A stretch of 64,000 nucleotides of DNA, from the NCBI GenBank assembly GCA_030704615.1, contig CM060731.1:38068001-38132000 (forward strand). The letters are read 5' to 3'. Both the position numbers and the translations under genes were made by a program. Source of the DNA: Takakia lepidozioides (taxonomy: Eukaryota; Plantae; Bryophyta). Shown piece by piece: positions 63,717 through 64,000 of this stretch. The notes beneath the pieces are model-generated. The model was not told where the DNA came from. It saw only the letters and a program-made list of their open reading frames with translations, and ran no database searches. Every line of letters begins with the position of its first letter. Position 1 is the first letter of the stretch.

Positions 63717-64000
63717 TTCTGAAATGGGTTGTGCTCTAGGCTAACATTTCTCTCTACAGCAGCATTTCCCTACTGCTCCTGGATCAGCTCCACCGCCATT
63801 GGGGTAGACAAATCACCATGAGAGAGAGAGAGAAACTGTCAACGCAACCAAGATTGGGACTTCAAAAGAGAAAAGTGAAAGGGAGGAACGGAAGAACGAT
63901 AAAGTGTCATTACTTTGAGGGTGCGAGATCAAAGGAAAAGCAAAGCTTCCGATGGCCGGGAGTGGCGGAGGCTGTATGTATGGACTGGGGCTGGCTTTAT

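Overview
Eukaryotic nuclear DNA from a land plant that very probably has flagellated sperm (fern, lycophyte or bryophyte grade), judged from a dynein-2 heavy-chain fragment, PLS-type PPR remnants and starch synthase II. Two host genes look intact, both on the minus strand: an 8-exon starch synthase II (54347-63716, 805 aa) and a 3-exon plastid/thylakoid-targeted TPR-like gene (50524-52182). The left 52 kb is a rearranged tandem array of an ~8.9-kb unit with two pseudogene copies of the TPR-like gene, a 6.75-kb inversion (43100-49846) and smaller inversions. The array is interrupted by a ~31-kb nest of mobile DNA: a truncated Copia element, two RTE-X-like LINE families, and a 21.6-kb foldback structure (14592-36159). 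The foldback has ~3.1-kb near-identical inverted arms that contain intron-bearing exons of cytoplasmic dynein-2 heavy chain. Its interior holds PPR and Gypsy remnants, a 255-bp-stem hairpin and a mildly decayed ~1,460-codon P-element/THAP9/Galileo-type transposase with an unusual non-THAP N-terminus. That structure is the main candidate for an undescribed system. All family assignments come from motif recognition by eye; no database searches were run and repeat boundaries are approximate to a few bp.
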